Positions 23,161 through 35,649 of a stretch of DNA of 64,000 nucleotides are shown here, one piece after another. The first letter of the stretch is position 1. The number at the start of each line of letters is the position of its first letter. Below the pieces are notes generated by a model, which searched no databases, had not been told where the DNA came from, and saw nothing but the letters and a program-made list of their open reading frames with translations. Source of the stretch: Vicugna vicugna (lineage: Eukaryota); NCBI GenBank assembly GCA_013265495.1, contig MU058009.1, forward strand, positions 1,304,001 to 1,368,000, given 5' to 3'. A program made the translations under genes and the position numbers.

Positions 23161-26100
23161 ACCTCTAGCTTGTAAAATGCAGTTCCTTTCCCTGTAGCCA
23201 AAACAAAACTGCATTTGGAAACCAGAATCGCAAGCTCGGTGATAGTCTGTCAAATGTTTCATAAGTGATTAAAGGCAAGTCAGGCCTCCCTCATCTCCCG
23301 GGGCCCCCGATTCCTCTCGCAGATCCCTTAACACTTCATATAAATTATCTGGCCTTAGGAGAGGATCTTTCCATTAGTGTGCCTTTGGAAAACATTCACG
23401 TACAGGAAAGAAAAATTCCTCTTCACGGGGACAAATGTAATCTTATCAGAAAGGAACAGGACAATAACAGGAAGAGGGAGGGACTCTGGAATGTAGAGGA
23501 GGGTGGGGCTGCGGGGAAAGAAGACAGGCCACGAGTGAAGGCCCCAGAGAGGCCCTTAATCAGAGCCTGGCAGCCATGGTGCTATTGTGGGCTGGGAACA
23601 CGGGCAGGGAGCCATGGCTCCCAGAGCCGCGAAGAGGGGTGCGCATCCCCAGGGAGCAGCCCTGGCGTCCGTTACCCGCGCCCTGGGACCGTGCTTGGAC
23701 AAAGCTCATTTTGCTAACTAATGACCGCCACGGGGCGTCCATGGCTTCTAAGAGGATGTCTTCCGGGATGTTGAGTCCACCTCTCATTTGCTCCTGAATC
23801 CCCCATAGCGTCCATCCCTGTGGAGACAGCTCATCCCACCAGTGCTGACTCCCTCCCTTCTCCCAACCCGCCCCCAGCGCCTGGGGCTTCCCTACCGGCC
23901 TGCACCCCACCGCTTCCCGCCCCAGAGCAGGCGGTTCACAGAGAGGAGTTCCCGTTTTCTTTGACCATCGGGTCTCAAACCTTCCATGGTCCACAAGTGC
24001 TCTCTCACCCTCATCTGGCCTCTTCGTTCAGTGAGGTTTAAGCTTACTGCCTTCATTTTGTCCACAGGGGAAAGAGGGGGCAGCTGGCCACCTCCTGGGC
24101 ATGATAACACTTTAGACACTTGACAGAAGCCACGGGACCAACAGGAAGGACCACCCAGACACGTAGCTCTGTCTCCAGCACGAGCGGAGGGCAGAGGGAA
24201 TATTTCACAAGTTGGCGTCATTCTGCTTCTCTACTTATGCCCCATATAAAACTATAGAAAGAAAAAAATCATAAAACTTGTTTAGAAATTTAATTTTCAT
24301 CTTGAATATCCTCTGTAACATGGCATACGTGTCCTTACATATAGCCACACACGTGTCCCCGGAGTTCTTGCAGAATAACGTGCTTTCCCTGACGCCTTGT
24401 TGTCATGAACACGCCCTTCCTTTCCTCTTCCCATGATGCTCCTCGCCCTCCTTAAAAGCCTCGTCTTCCTCCTTCCCTTAGATTTTCTGAAGTCAGATGA
24501 CGAAGTGGATTGGCATGTCAGTCCAAAAAGCCCAGTGCTCTGAAAAGTCTCTGGGAGATGGGTCTTGGGGGGCAATTAAAAGATAATGTCAATAGAAGTG
24601 GACAGCCTGACATGCTAATGGTCTCCTGCTGCCAAGGAAGAGGCCTCGGAGAAACTGAGACGCTGTTTTCAAAGCCGGAGACCATTATCCTGTCACAGCC
24701 CCATCTTCCTATGACTTGGCTGCTATTATGCCCCATGATTAGAACAATAAATGAAAAAGAGGCAGTGAGAAGTAAGTGCAGATTTCCGCAGCTAACGGCA
24801 GCCCTGCTGATCTCGCTGGCTGAGCGTAAGCCTGGCCCCGGGCCTGTGTGTCTGAACCACTGAATCCAGGCAGAAGGCTTTCCTGTTCCAGCGAGTGACT
24901 TTTCCTGCAAGACTTTACTTTTTTCTGTTAGTTCCCACAACTAGACTTCTTTCTGCCACCCAACTCCTACCCATCCCTCAATACCCAACTCAGAATTCCC
25001 CTTTGAGAAATTTTCTCAACCCCTCTAGCTCGTAGGTCACCTCCTCTAAATCCTTGCATTTCCCTCTTGTTCTGCTCCTTTGTTATCATTACCACCAGCT
25101 TGTGTGGTGGCCTCCTTCTCCAGTGCTGCTTAAGTTCTCAGGAACTGCTGTTTCTCCCAACTGGATTGTAGATTCCTGGTCAGCAGAGATTCTATCTCAT
25201 ACGTATTTGTATACCTCAAAACCCCCAAACGTGTGCTCAGTAACTATCAATGAGGTGATCGAGCTTTTGTGAATATTTCTCTTTGCAGTAGCCGTGGCCG
25301 GGAAGGTGCAGTCTGTGTTAGGGTGTGACGTCTATCTTGCCAGCAGATAAGGAGAAGGAAGTTGAGGTTGTCCAGCTTGGGGTCACTAGAATGGGAGACT
25401 GGGGTAGAATGAGAAAGCCCTTTATGGTCAGTGCCCATCCCTGTGTGTCGCTTACCAAATATTCTATTGCTTTCTGAAGTGATGTGATGCAGTAAGGGTT
25501 CCTGGGCCTGGTGTCCAGGTTATTTTCTGACTTGGTACTTCTATGTGTTTTTCTGTGAATTTAGGAGAAGAGGATGGTGTTCCCCAGTATTGCCTCCGCA
25601 TAGAACTCTTTGTGTAGGTAATTTGCATTTAACCTCCTGGGGCCCTTCCCCTTTCCTTTAAGTCTAGTTAATTAGTTAGCTAGCTGGCTAGTTAGACATG
25701 GCTTTGCCACACTGCACAAAGCTAAGCGTAGCTAGAAAGCCGGGACAGAACTGGCTAGCCTAGGCTCACTGTTGTCTCTCAACGTTAAATCGATTTTGAT
25801 TTCCCTCTAACATTTCCAATTACTTCAAAAACGTTGAATTCTTCATCGTCAAGGACAACTCACCACAGGGCAAAATTTCTCCTAATATTAGAACTCCCTT
25901 TTACTTCTGATTTGCCACGTCACCTATGTTCAGAACCCTCTGCTCCTGCTCTGAAGGTTCTAAAAAGGGCACACAGTCTATCTCATGGGCTCTCTTGACA
26001 AAGAAGGCCTTTTTTACCAACGACTTTTTACCAACGATTGCTTCATTTCCAAGGATCCTCCCTCAGCAGCAGGTACACCAAGGCAGAGAAATAGAGCAGC

Positions 26101-28903
26101 TGTCCCATGTCACCTGGAAGGATGGACACAATAAGCTTCATGCTTCAATCCTGTGCAGCTCAGTGCTTTGCCACTAATGGTCACTATCAGTGAGTTACCA
26201 AGTGGTACGTAGGCCGTTGATATAGCACTCGGGCCAGCAGCCCTTAATTCAGTGTTACTAACCTTCATTTCTCTGTCATCACTCTCCAGCATTTCGAGAG
26301 AAGGGTTTAAACTTAAGTCATATGATGTAGAAGTTTAATAAATAATCTTTCCTGTTTTAATTTCAATTTGTCCTCAAATGCCAGTAGCGAGAACACCTCT
26401 GCTGGCCCTTGTACTTAGACGGGCCACCGAGGAGCTATTGTGAACCACACAGCTGCGGGGGTTCGCGACCCAAGGGAAGATGCAAAACCTCTGCACGCAC
26501 AGTAGGTTGAAGCTTCATAGGCGTCTCCCGTCCCGGAAATGAATTCCAGGTGTTTGTCTCCAAGATGAGAACAGATAATGAATAAAACATGCCTGGAGCT
26601 TTGTGTCCAAAAAATGTGACAAGCCTGAATCTGATGACTTCGGGAGTAAGATGAAAAATGAGTTTGAGCTCATCTGTAGAGCTCTTAACAAATCCAAGAT
26701 GCTCTGTACGACTTGCCGGTATGACTGCTCTTGGACTGCAATTTACCCAGGTTTATGGGAGCGCAGGGAGAGCGGTGGGGGTAGTAGAATCTGGAAGAGA
26801 AAAGAGGAGGGGAAAAGACTGAAACAGCACAGACTGAGTTCTGGCAGCGGGGAGGGGCAGGGCAGGTGGAGTTTCAAACTCATCGGAGATGAAATTTGAC
26901 CTATCTTTTTGAGCTAGAGTAAAAATGATACAGCTTACTCAGCAGATGAGTATATTTTATAGATAAACTCAGATTTATAGACTCTGATGTTACTGCATTT
27001 CTGTATCATCAGTGATTCCACTCTTGCCTTAGGTGGTAGAAATAGAAACATTCCTTACTGTGTTTTGGTCTAAAACTGAATACTGAATGTCATCTCTCTA
27101 CTGCATTGAAAAGAAAGCTACACTGACACATATGGAAAGTAAGATAACCTTTTATGACTATTTTTTCCATGGGAAGTTATCTTTTTTCTTACATGTGTAA
27201 GTGCAGGTCATTCAAGAGAAAGATGGATTGGCATTAACATTTTAAGTTTTCTCGGATTGTCACACTAAGTCTATGTCATCGCAACTCCAGTTGTAGTTCA
27301 AGGAAACTCCAGTAGGTGTCGCGGCCGCACTGTCTTACGCAGGCTTAGCGCTCCCCACCTGCAAGCGGGTCGCAGCAGACGTGGGCTCCACACCGCGCTG
27401 CGAGCCCTGCCCTCTGAGCTCTCGGGTAAGCGCTCTGCTCACTCAGAACCGTTGCTATCCTCAAAGAAAAGCTCGTAAGTTGGGGCCCTACTTCAGTTCC
27501 TCAGATTTTGGAGCCTCCAGGGAAGTATATAACCAAGTTACTAGTTAGCACACCTGCTGAAAAGAGCAAGTTGGTAATGGTCCCCTAGTGATGTAAACGG
27601 GTACATGCAGCTTTGTAAAAACAACCCACCCATTCATTATTTCTCTGGCACCTACAAGGTGACAGGCTCTGAGGACACCAAGATGTATTCTTATCATGTC
27701 ATTGTGACTCCACATCCATACACGAAAAAGTGTAAAGCTTGAAGGAATCTAAGAAAGCATCTAACACTCAAGCACAGATTTGTCACAGTTGTGGGAGAAC
27801 TCCAGCCTTCACCCTCGATTCACTTTGTTACCTTAGGAAATTCACTTTGCTTCCCCGAGCCTTGGTTTTTTAATCTCCCCCAAGGACTGTGGTGGAGGCA
27901 GCCAATACGGTAAACATGGGACTGTTTGATGCTGCGCTAGGCCAGTCTCATTTCTTTACTGGTAACGTTGGTTGTGATGAAGAATGGCCTCCGGGTTTCT
28001 ATCTAGAGCTCATCTCAGCAGATCAAACCGTAACACACTCTGACTGTCGACTCCATTCCTTCCTGCACATGTATCTGTATGGTTACATCAGTCTATACGT
28101 CCATCACTGACTTTTTCTTGTCAGTCGTACTGTAAATGCTTGTGGTCAGGAACTCTGAGATATTTAGTTCCTTTGCCAAAACATCCGGCATAACATCTGG
28201 CACAGTGTGGTTGCTCCATAAATGTTTGTGAAATAAATATTGTGGAATAAAGCCCAACACCGCATTTTTAAGGGAATATTTCCATTCTGTTTATCCATCT
28301 GATCCTAGGTGTCATCAAACCAGGTAATATCCAGGCACTCTGGGGGAGATTTGGCATCACTGTAATTCTTAGATACTTTCTTAATGGGTGCAAACCAATC
28401 AAGACACATTCAATACAAACAAAATATGCTCAAGGTAGTATACTGTGTGCTACAGGAGATAAAAATGATTGCGTCACCATCGAGAATTTTAACGCCTGAG
28501 ACGAGAAATATTGCTTAGAGAGAGGAAGCTATGTACCAGGAATGTCTGGGAGAGACAGCTAACTCTCAGCTGAAATGCAAGCATCCACTTCCGTGGTTTA
28601 GAGTCGCATTCAGAAGGCGGTATTCAGCCAGGAACTACGTTTCTCACCAGACTGGCAGATGACGCCATGTCATTAGCTCTTTTCCAATAGAATACTTTTT
28701 AAAATGCACATATGTCACTTCTAGATGGCGGTGCTTTGGTATCTGTGTTCTGTTGGATGGATACGGAAGATTCCAAGGCCTTTGGGGCAACTTAAAGGAG
28801 AGCATGATGGAAGGAATCCAGCTTCCTGAATCACCATTCAGAGAAAAGACACCAAACATCTGTCAAGCTGCACTATGTCATGAATAAGAAGCAGTGGAAT
28901 CTA

Positions 28904-29048
28904 GAGGGAGGGTGAAGCTCAGTTGGTAGAGTGCGTGCTTAAGATGCACAAGGTCCTGGGTTCAATTCCCAGTATCTTTGTTAAAATACATAAATAAACC
29001 AAAAAAAAAAAAGAAGTGTGTGGTGAGAATAAAAAAAGAAAAAGAAGA
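28904..29048 (+). mobile_element. camelid tRNA-derived SINE (Vic-1 type)
   Basis: Head 'gggagggtgaagctcagttggtagagtgcgtgcttaagatgcacaaggtcctgggttcaattcccagta' with Pol III A and B boxes, A-rich tail, 18-bp TSD aagaag(c/t)agtggaatcta at 28886-28903 and 29049-29066. Confidence 0.92.
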
Positions 29049-29055
29049 AAGAAGT

Positions 29056-29401
29056 AGTGGAATCTAAAAAAATGGCACAAATGAACTTATTTACAAAACA
29101 GAAACAGACTCACAGACATAAAAAAACAAACTAATGGTTACAGGGTGTGGGGAAGGGGGTGATAAATTAGGAGTTCAAGATTTGTAGATACTAACTACTA
29201 TATATAAAATGGGTAGACAACAAGGTCCTACTGTTTAGCACAGGGAACTATATCGAATATCTTTTAATAACCTATAATGTTAAACAATATAAAAAGGATA
29301 TATATATATATATATGTATAACTTAACTCACTATGCTGTATACTAGAAATTAACACAACATTGTAAATCAACTCTACTTCAATTAAAAAAAAAAGAAAAG
29401 A
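29056..29401 (+). mobile_element. 5'-truncated cetartiodactyl L1 3' end
   Basis: 'acaaatgaacttatttacaaaacagaaacagactcacagac', 'caacaaggtcctactg...cacagggaactat', poly(A) tail. Confidence 0.92.
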
Positions 29402-32400
29402 AAGAAGCTTCTCTTGGGTTAAGCCGCTGAAACTTTGGAATTGATTGGTTAGAGCAGCTATCATTATCCCCACTGGGCACTACACGATTTTGCAATGAAG
29501 AGGGCTAACCCCAGATACTTTGAATTGAGAGGAGGGAACAATCCCTGTGCAGCTAAGCAGGAGAAAAGTTTCCTTCAGTAGACGAAGTCAGCACTGAGAT
29601 GTACAGAACAGGAGTCATAGCCCCTGCGGAGAAACTGCACAAGCAAGGATACTAGGTGAGAGACTGATGATGGACAGAGAAGATGCTGAGCAGGTAAGTT
29701 GTTCCAGAGGGTCCTGACTCCAAAGGCTGTCACTAAGCATTTGATTCCTCACTCGGTCTTTAGCTCGGCTACTGTCTTCAAGTCATCATGACTATTGTCT
29801 TTAAGTTCCTATGGGCAGTGAGCTATTAGATCCACACCCAGACAGGCCTCTATTACAACGATCAGACAATTCATTCTCTTAGCAAAGCCACGGCATTAGA
29901 TCTGAAAGAGTCAAGTCTTGCCAGCTGCATAGGAGTATGAGGCTCTTGTTTAAACTGCAGTTTTCATTTGCAGTCCCTGCTGTTACTGAAGGCACAATCG
30001 GACCTAAGGATGAGGACTCAGAATCCCTCAGTAAAGCTGGGATGGAGCAGGCACTTCCTGCTGGAGATGCTTTTAGAGCTGGCGCCAGGAGCCGAAAGGC
30101 TTTCTCGTAGTCTACGTGGAGATCCTACCACGCTTTCACGAGGACCGAGATGATGTATTATTGTCTTGGTATTCCTCTCTGCCCACAACCAAAAGTTTGA
30201 CCTTAATGGAAACAAAATTATAGATGGAAAATTAGGACAGGATGAGATGACAGCTCGTATAATTTAGCATGCTGATTTTGGGTGGAGTCATTTATTTTCC
30301 TAATTGAGAAGTGGAGATTTATAAGTGATACATCCAAGTGAAGGTAGGAGCAAATCAGACACCGGACTCCTATTCAACATTAAATTAGTTACCTTTCCCT
30401 TTGTTGCAAGTGACTAACTTAAGAAAAAGAAAAGGGGTGAATGATAAACATACTAGAATTTCTTCTAAAATGCAGGGAGAAGAGAGTCAAGTTCAACTCT
30501 GACAAGTAAATCATTGGAGTCTTTTGTCTTTGCTGTTCATCTGTTTTTGTCCAGAATTGTTTTCTCTGTTTCCTTGTACGTATGATGGGAAATAACTGCT
30601 GCCAAGAGACCTCAAATGTATGTCAATTCAAGAGAATAGACAGACAATTCTGAGTTAGAATCTCTTAGTCCCTACCACAAACAAGAGAAAGAATTTGATT
30701 GGAGCAATGAATTTTGGCCGAGGCGGGAGGGGACGAGCTCATTGTCTGGAGTGGAGCTGGGGCAATTCATAGAAGAGAAGGGGAGACAACTTCCAGAAAT
30801 GGTAAAGTTTCTCATATAGACAAAGTGATGCTAAGTGACGCAGGCAAGGAAACAAACAACCAGTTAACGTAGAAAGAGAACAAAATACCAGAGATGAAGC
30901 GGCTTACGCCCAGAAATAGAGTTACTCAATGCAAGAGAAAGGACCGGAGCCAGCTTCTTAATCCAGGGCTATTTATTAAATGTTTATTTCTCATCATTTC
31001 AATCCTCAAGGGAGTATCTTTGCCCCTAAAACCATTCTGGAAAGAAATCTGTTTCAAATGTTCAACTCTTGGCATATAATCCCCCCTGAGATTCTAAACA
31101 CCAACTCCGGGGTCATTTCAGACAATTTTTTGTTCCTAGGCGCTGTTTTTCCTCTTTCTATTTTATGTAGACACTGTGTATATTGATCAACACAGATGGT
31201 CTCCTGTCAAAATGATTGCTTGCTGGACTTGTCAAGGCAGATGCCAAATTGTACAATTTGGTACAGATGATGCTTTGGAAGTTGGGAAAGACTTATTCAT
31301 CACTAGGTTGAATTCATACTGCCTTTATTTGCTAAAAACAAAGCAATGAGTGAATCCCAAGTGTGGGTCATAGTTTATCGTCTTCTGAATTTCGGATTTC
31401 CAAGGCCAGTGGAAAAGTCAATGAAAAACAGCAACAACTTAATCAGCAAAACTGACATGTCTGTCTCAGCCCTGGTCATGATGCGTGACACCTCCAAAGG
31501 TCTGAACCCAAAAGCTTACATCAGTACCTTAAGTTTGAAAATTTCTTCTCAAAATGATGGATTGATTGAATGTAATCTATTGAATTCCATACAACTTATG
31601 TATTTGAATGATGACCCAATGGGTCGTGTAGACCTGCAGGCCAGGGTTGTCCATGGTGTTCCTGGAGACAATCCGGACCAGGGGCTCTCTTGGTGCTCAG
31701 AAGCCACTCTTCTACAAGCCCCAAGAGAGACTCAGTATTAACTAGTAGCAGAATTTTGTGATTGCCTCTCCAAAATCCAATTGCCTCACAAAATTGGAAT
31801 TTGAATTGTCACCAAAGGGTTTACTTTGATCCTAAAGTCATATTCCTCCTGACCAAATTTCTTAATAAATATAGTTTGTTATTGTTAATAATAATTGGAA
31901 TGGATCAAGGGAAAATACCTCATACATATTTAATTCAGAGGCCCCTGCTGAACACTCTGCTAACCAGCTTCTCTCTGGGGTGGATAGTTTTGTTCGTTTC
32001 TTTTTTCACTTTAATTGCTAGTCACCCAGTCTTTTTGTATCTACAGCTGGACTGATTGAGTTAGGTATCCAAACACTGAGGGTAAACTGAAGGCTAAAAT
32101 TGTCGGTATTTTGCAGTTCGAAGATTTATATATTCTCTTTCAAAAGACTCTTGTCAAGAAAAAAATTATTTTAGGGTTATGAAATGTATTCATCTTAGAA
32201 ATTCCTGAAGATAAAGGAAAGTAAAACTTAGAAAATTGAAGTCACCTGGAATCCCCAAACCCCAGAATAACCACTCAGAATATTTTGAATATTATCCCTT
32301 CAATCATGTGTGTGTGTGTCTCGAACTTTTCTTTCTCCTCTTCTCTCTAACCTGTGTGCCTTCCACCCAGGTGAGAAGGGTTTTGAGTATGATGTCCAGA

Positions 32401-32849
32401 GGTGGTCAATACTGGCAAAAAGAACTGCTTGTTTGCCTTGCGGATAATTCGTTTAAAAAAAAAGTCAATAAAACCTAAAACCCTCCTAAGCAATGTAGAG
32501 CTACTTCTACTGGGCGAGCCAGATGTGATATCCAGAAAATCAAGAACCACGTGCCATTTCTGTAGGATGGAGCAGGACTGCCAGGGAAGGGAGAGAAATA
32601 TTACAAGAAATAAAGATTCTCAGGTGCAAAGGAAATATTAGCTGCCCTCCAAAGTAGGTTCACCATTATATGAAAGTGAACTTTACAGGAAAGGAAATTA
32701 ATAGGCTGTATCATCTTCTGGGCTCTGGTACATGTGTACTTGGGTACAAGTAAATTTGTTCTTTTTTTTTGGTCACGGACCGGACTTGTGGTTGGGTTGT
32801 CAACTATCGTCAGCGTAACTAAGGCATATGGCAAACATGTTCCATAATC

Positions 32850-33200
32850 AGAATTATTCTTAGAAGACCTTTCCATCTAGCCTTTTGAAAGTTAAAATTA
32901 TACTGTAAGCACTGCCACCTCAGTAAATACGTTTTAAATATGACTCTTTTGAAGAGTGTATAATATTCCATTGAGTGATGCCTCATTGTTTAACTGATCT
33001 TTTCATGTTGATTGTTTCAGTGTCAACATTTTTCAATTATAAATATACCTACAAAATATACCAACTTTGTGTGCACTCGTGACTGTCATTTTTACAGTAA
33101 TTTCAAAAAAGATGAATTTTGGGGTCAAATGTTAAGGACATTTTAAAAGTTCTTGATTAGTATTACTTGACAAAAAACAAATCTCTTTCCGGAAAAGTTC
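32850..33200 (-). mobile_element. old L1ME fragment
   Basis: 'ataatattccattgagtg...tgttgattgtttcag...ttttggggtcaaatg'. Confidence 0.55.
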
Positions 33201-33208
33201 CATTTTCA

Positions 33209-33345
33209 GGGAAGAGGGTACAGCTCAGTGGCAGAGCACATGCTTAGCATACACGAGGTCCTGGGTTCAAGCCCCAGTACCTCCATTAAAATAAATATAT
33301 CAATAAACCTAATTACCTCCCCCACCCAAAAATGATAATTAAATA
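33209..33345 (+). mobile_element. camelid tRNA-derived SINE (Vic-1 type)
   Basis: 'gagggtacagctcagtggcagagcacatgcttagcatacacgaggtcctgggttcaagccccagtacctcc...aataaacctaattacctcccc'; TSD aaaagttccattttca / aaaagttcccatgttca. Confidence 0.93.
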
Positions 33346-34238
33346 AAAAGTTCCCATGTTCACTCTCATTTATTTGTTAGTGTGAAAGTTGATGTAGAAC
33401 AGATAAGTGGAAAGGGACCTGCATTCCCACTGAATCAGATTTTTTAAAAATAGAAACATAACCAAAATCATCAATGGACCTTAGTTATAATAATTTAAAA
33501 AGTACAGTTGCCTGTTGAAAATGTATTTTATTATCCAAAGGAGAAGGAAGCAGAAGCTAGAGGTAATGATACACTTTGGGCAAGTCATTGTGATTTCTGA
33601 TTAGGAACTCAGCATCTCAGAGTGCCTTCACTCAAAGGCGGGAGCCCTTTGACAGCTGCTACTGAGCATCTCGCCTCTGGGACCAGCCCCTAATCTTCCC
33701 ATCATGGATTCGCTCCGTGCTCGCAAAGGGCTCTTTCACGTGAAACCTGAAAATGAACATGCCCCGTATTTGCACTGCATTTCCATCTAATCAAACTCCC
33801 TTTGTGCTACTCCAGGAAACGCATATTAAAATAGAAATATCTCTGCTGGTTCATTTACTGTTATCATCCCCAGCCAGATGGGTTAAATAACTTTTTTTCA
33901 GAGCGTTCTGAACCTATCATTGGGAATAGGTAAATAAAACAAAGGGCTTTAGACCTGAATGTCAGCAAATCTTTCCTCGCCTGCAGAAGGAGTTACTTAT
34001 GAGACTGGTTCCCCAAACAGAACAAAGGAAACCTTACTGCTTAAGACAATTGAAACTAGATTGTGAGAACAACCCCTTACAGTCAGAGGCTGCGACTTGT
34101 GACAAATACTGTATTTCTTTCTCCCTCTTCCACAAAAGAAAGCTCCCCGAAGTACCTACCCTAATAAATCTGCTTCTCATTTTGAACCCTGAAGTTGCTC
34201 TAAGGTGCATGAAGGACACTGTGGTTAACATTCTCTGT

Positions 34239-34266
34239 ACACACACACACACACACACACACACAC
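34239..34266. repeat. (AC)14 microsatellite
   Basis: Directly visible. Confidence 0.95.
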
Positions 34267-34772
34267 CCACATCAAACACCCTCATCAGTTACACAGTCAG
34301 GCAAACATAACAAAGACTGCCAAATGCTAACTGGTCCAGTGACTTCAGTTCCTTGAAAGCGTCCTTCCTTTAGCAGCTGCTGTGTCTGAGCACTTACTAA
34401 AGTGTGTGTGGGGGGTTCTTGGCAACAGCAGTGTTACTAGTAGATAGAAAGAAAGGCAGAGGATTTGAAGGAGAAAATAAAGCCAATAAAGAAACAAACA
34501 AAAATAAAACTTCCCTTCATCCTGGTTTATTCTTATCTGCCTTCCTTTTATGCTGCGTTTTATTTACTTATGTTCTGGAAAATGACATCATTTCAAGTTG
34601 CAAGTGATTAAGGTGGTCATTTCATAGCCTAGGATGGGGAACTGAAGGCTTTTGCACCATACACGTTAAATAATTCAGACGTTCAGTGTATTTTGTGATA
34701 CTTTTTTTCTTTTAATGATGCATTTGTCAAAACAAATTTGGGTTTCCCTTACTGAACTAATATCCAGGAAGC

Positions 34773-34812
34773 AAAAAAAAAAAAAAAAAAAAAAAAAGAA
34801 AAAAAGAAAAAA
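34773..34812. repeat. poly(A)/A-rich tract abutting CpG island
   Basis: Directly visible. Confidence 0.9.
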
Positions 34813-34864
34813 TCCCTTAAAACTTCCACTACTAAAAACCCTTTGCAAGCCTGGAAGAGGTAAA

Positions 34865-35215
34865 ACCCGAAGCGCGTTTCTGCCTTCTCAGCGGGCTGGT
34901 GTCCGGCGAGCTTTCCATTTTCTGCTCTCTTTTTCCCTTTGCTCCCTCCGGCGCCCTCCCCGCGCCCGGCTGGCCGGGGCCCAGGCTGCAGGTGCCGCTG
35001 CGCGGGCTGCTCGGGGAGACCCGGCGCGTGGCAGTGCGGGGCGGGGGAGAGCGCGGCCCCCAAGCCCCGTTTCCGGCGGGTCGCACTGGGTTAGCCCCGC
35101 CCTTCTATCGGGGGCTTGCCCCATCCCCCGCTCTGGGGGTTCAGGCAATGGCTGCTCCTCCCCTCCCTCCGCGAAGAGGGGTGATAACAGCCCCCTGCTG
35201 CTACCAGCACTGAGG
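34865..35215. promoter_or_regulatory. CpG island / candidate promoter
   Basis: Most CpG-dense stretch in the window, non-repeat, GC boxes (ggggcggggg ~35037, ccccgccc ~35095), CTCF-like motif at 35188-35203. Confidence 0.75.
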
Positions 35216-35649
35216 TCCCTCCTTAATGCTTTTCCTAAATCTCGCTCACATGACATCTTTGCAAATTAAATAAAATCCCGTTATTAAACTTTCCTCAAGT
35301 AACTCACTTTTAGTATGTTGCCTGTTTCCTTTTGGGCCCCTAACAGATAATGCTGGGTAATTGTTGGCTTCTGTCTATCCATATTAAGTACACATGCGTA
35401 TGTATGGGTGAATATATGACATACATGATGGACTCCACTCTGATCAACACCTCTTTCAACCCGTGTCAAAGAGAAAACGAAGACAATGTGAAAGAGCCTC
35501 ATGTCTGACCAGTTTAGATCCAAATATTACAAGTTTCCTTTTCAAACTGAAGGGTTTTGTGTTGTTTGGGGGAATGTCCAGGTTGTTATCAATCAGCTAT
35601 TTTTTGTTGTTTCCCTAATGTTCGAATGTAATAATAGGAAAGCTTGGTT

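Noticed and set aside
28904..28980. tRNA gene (also 33209-33285)
   Set aside because: tRNA-like head is followed by an A-rich tail and TSDs; these are SINEs.
34715..35269. 184-aa + ORF and overlapping - ORFs
   Set aside because: Poly-Lys comes from the poly(A) tract and the rest from stop-poor GC-rich island sequence; no recognisable domain.
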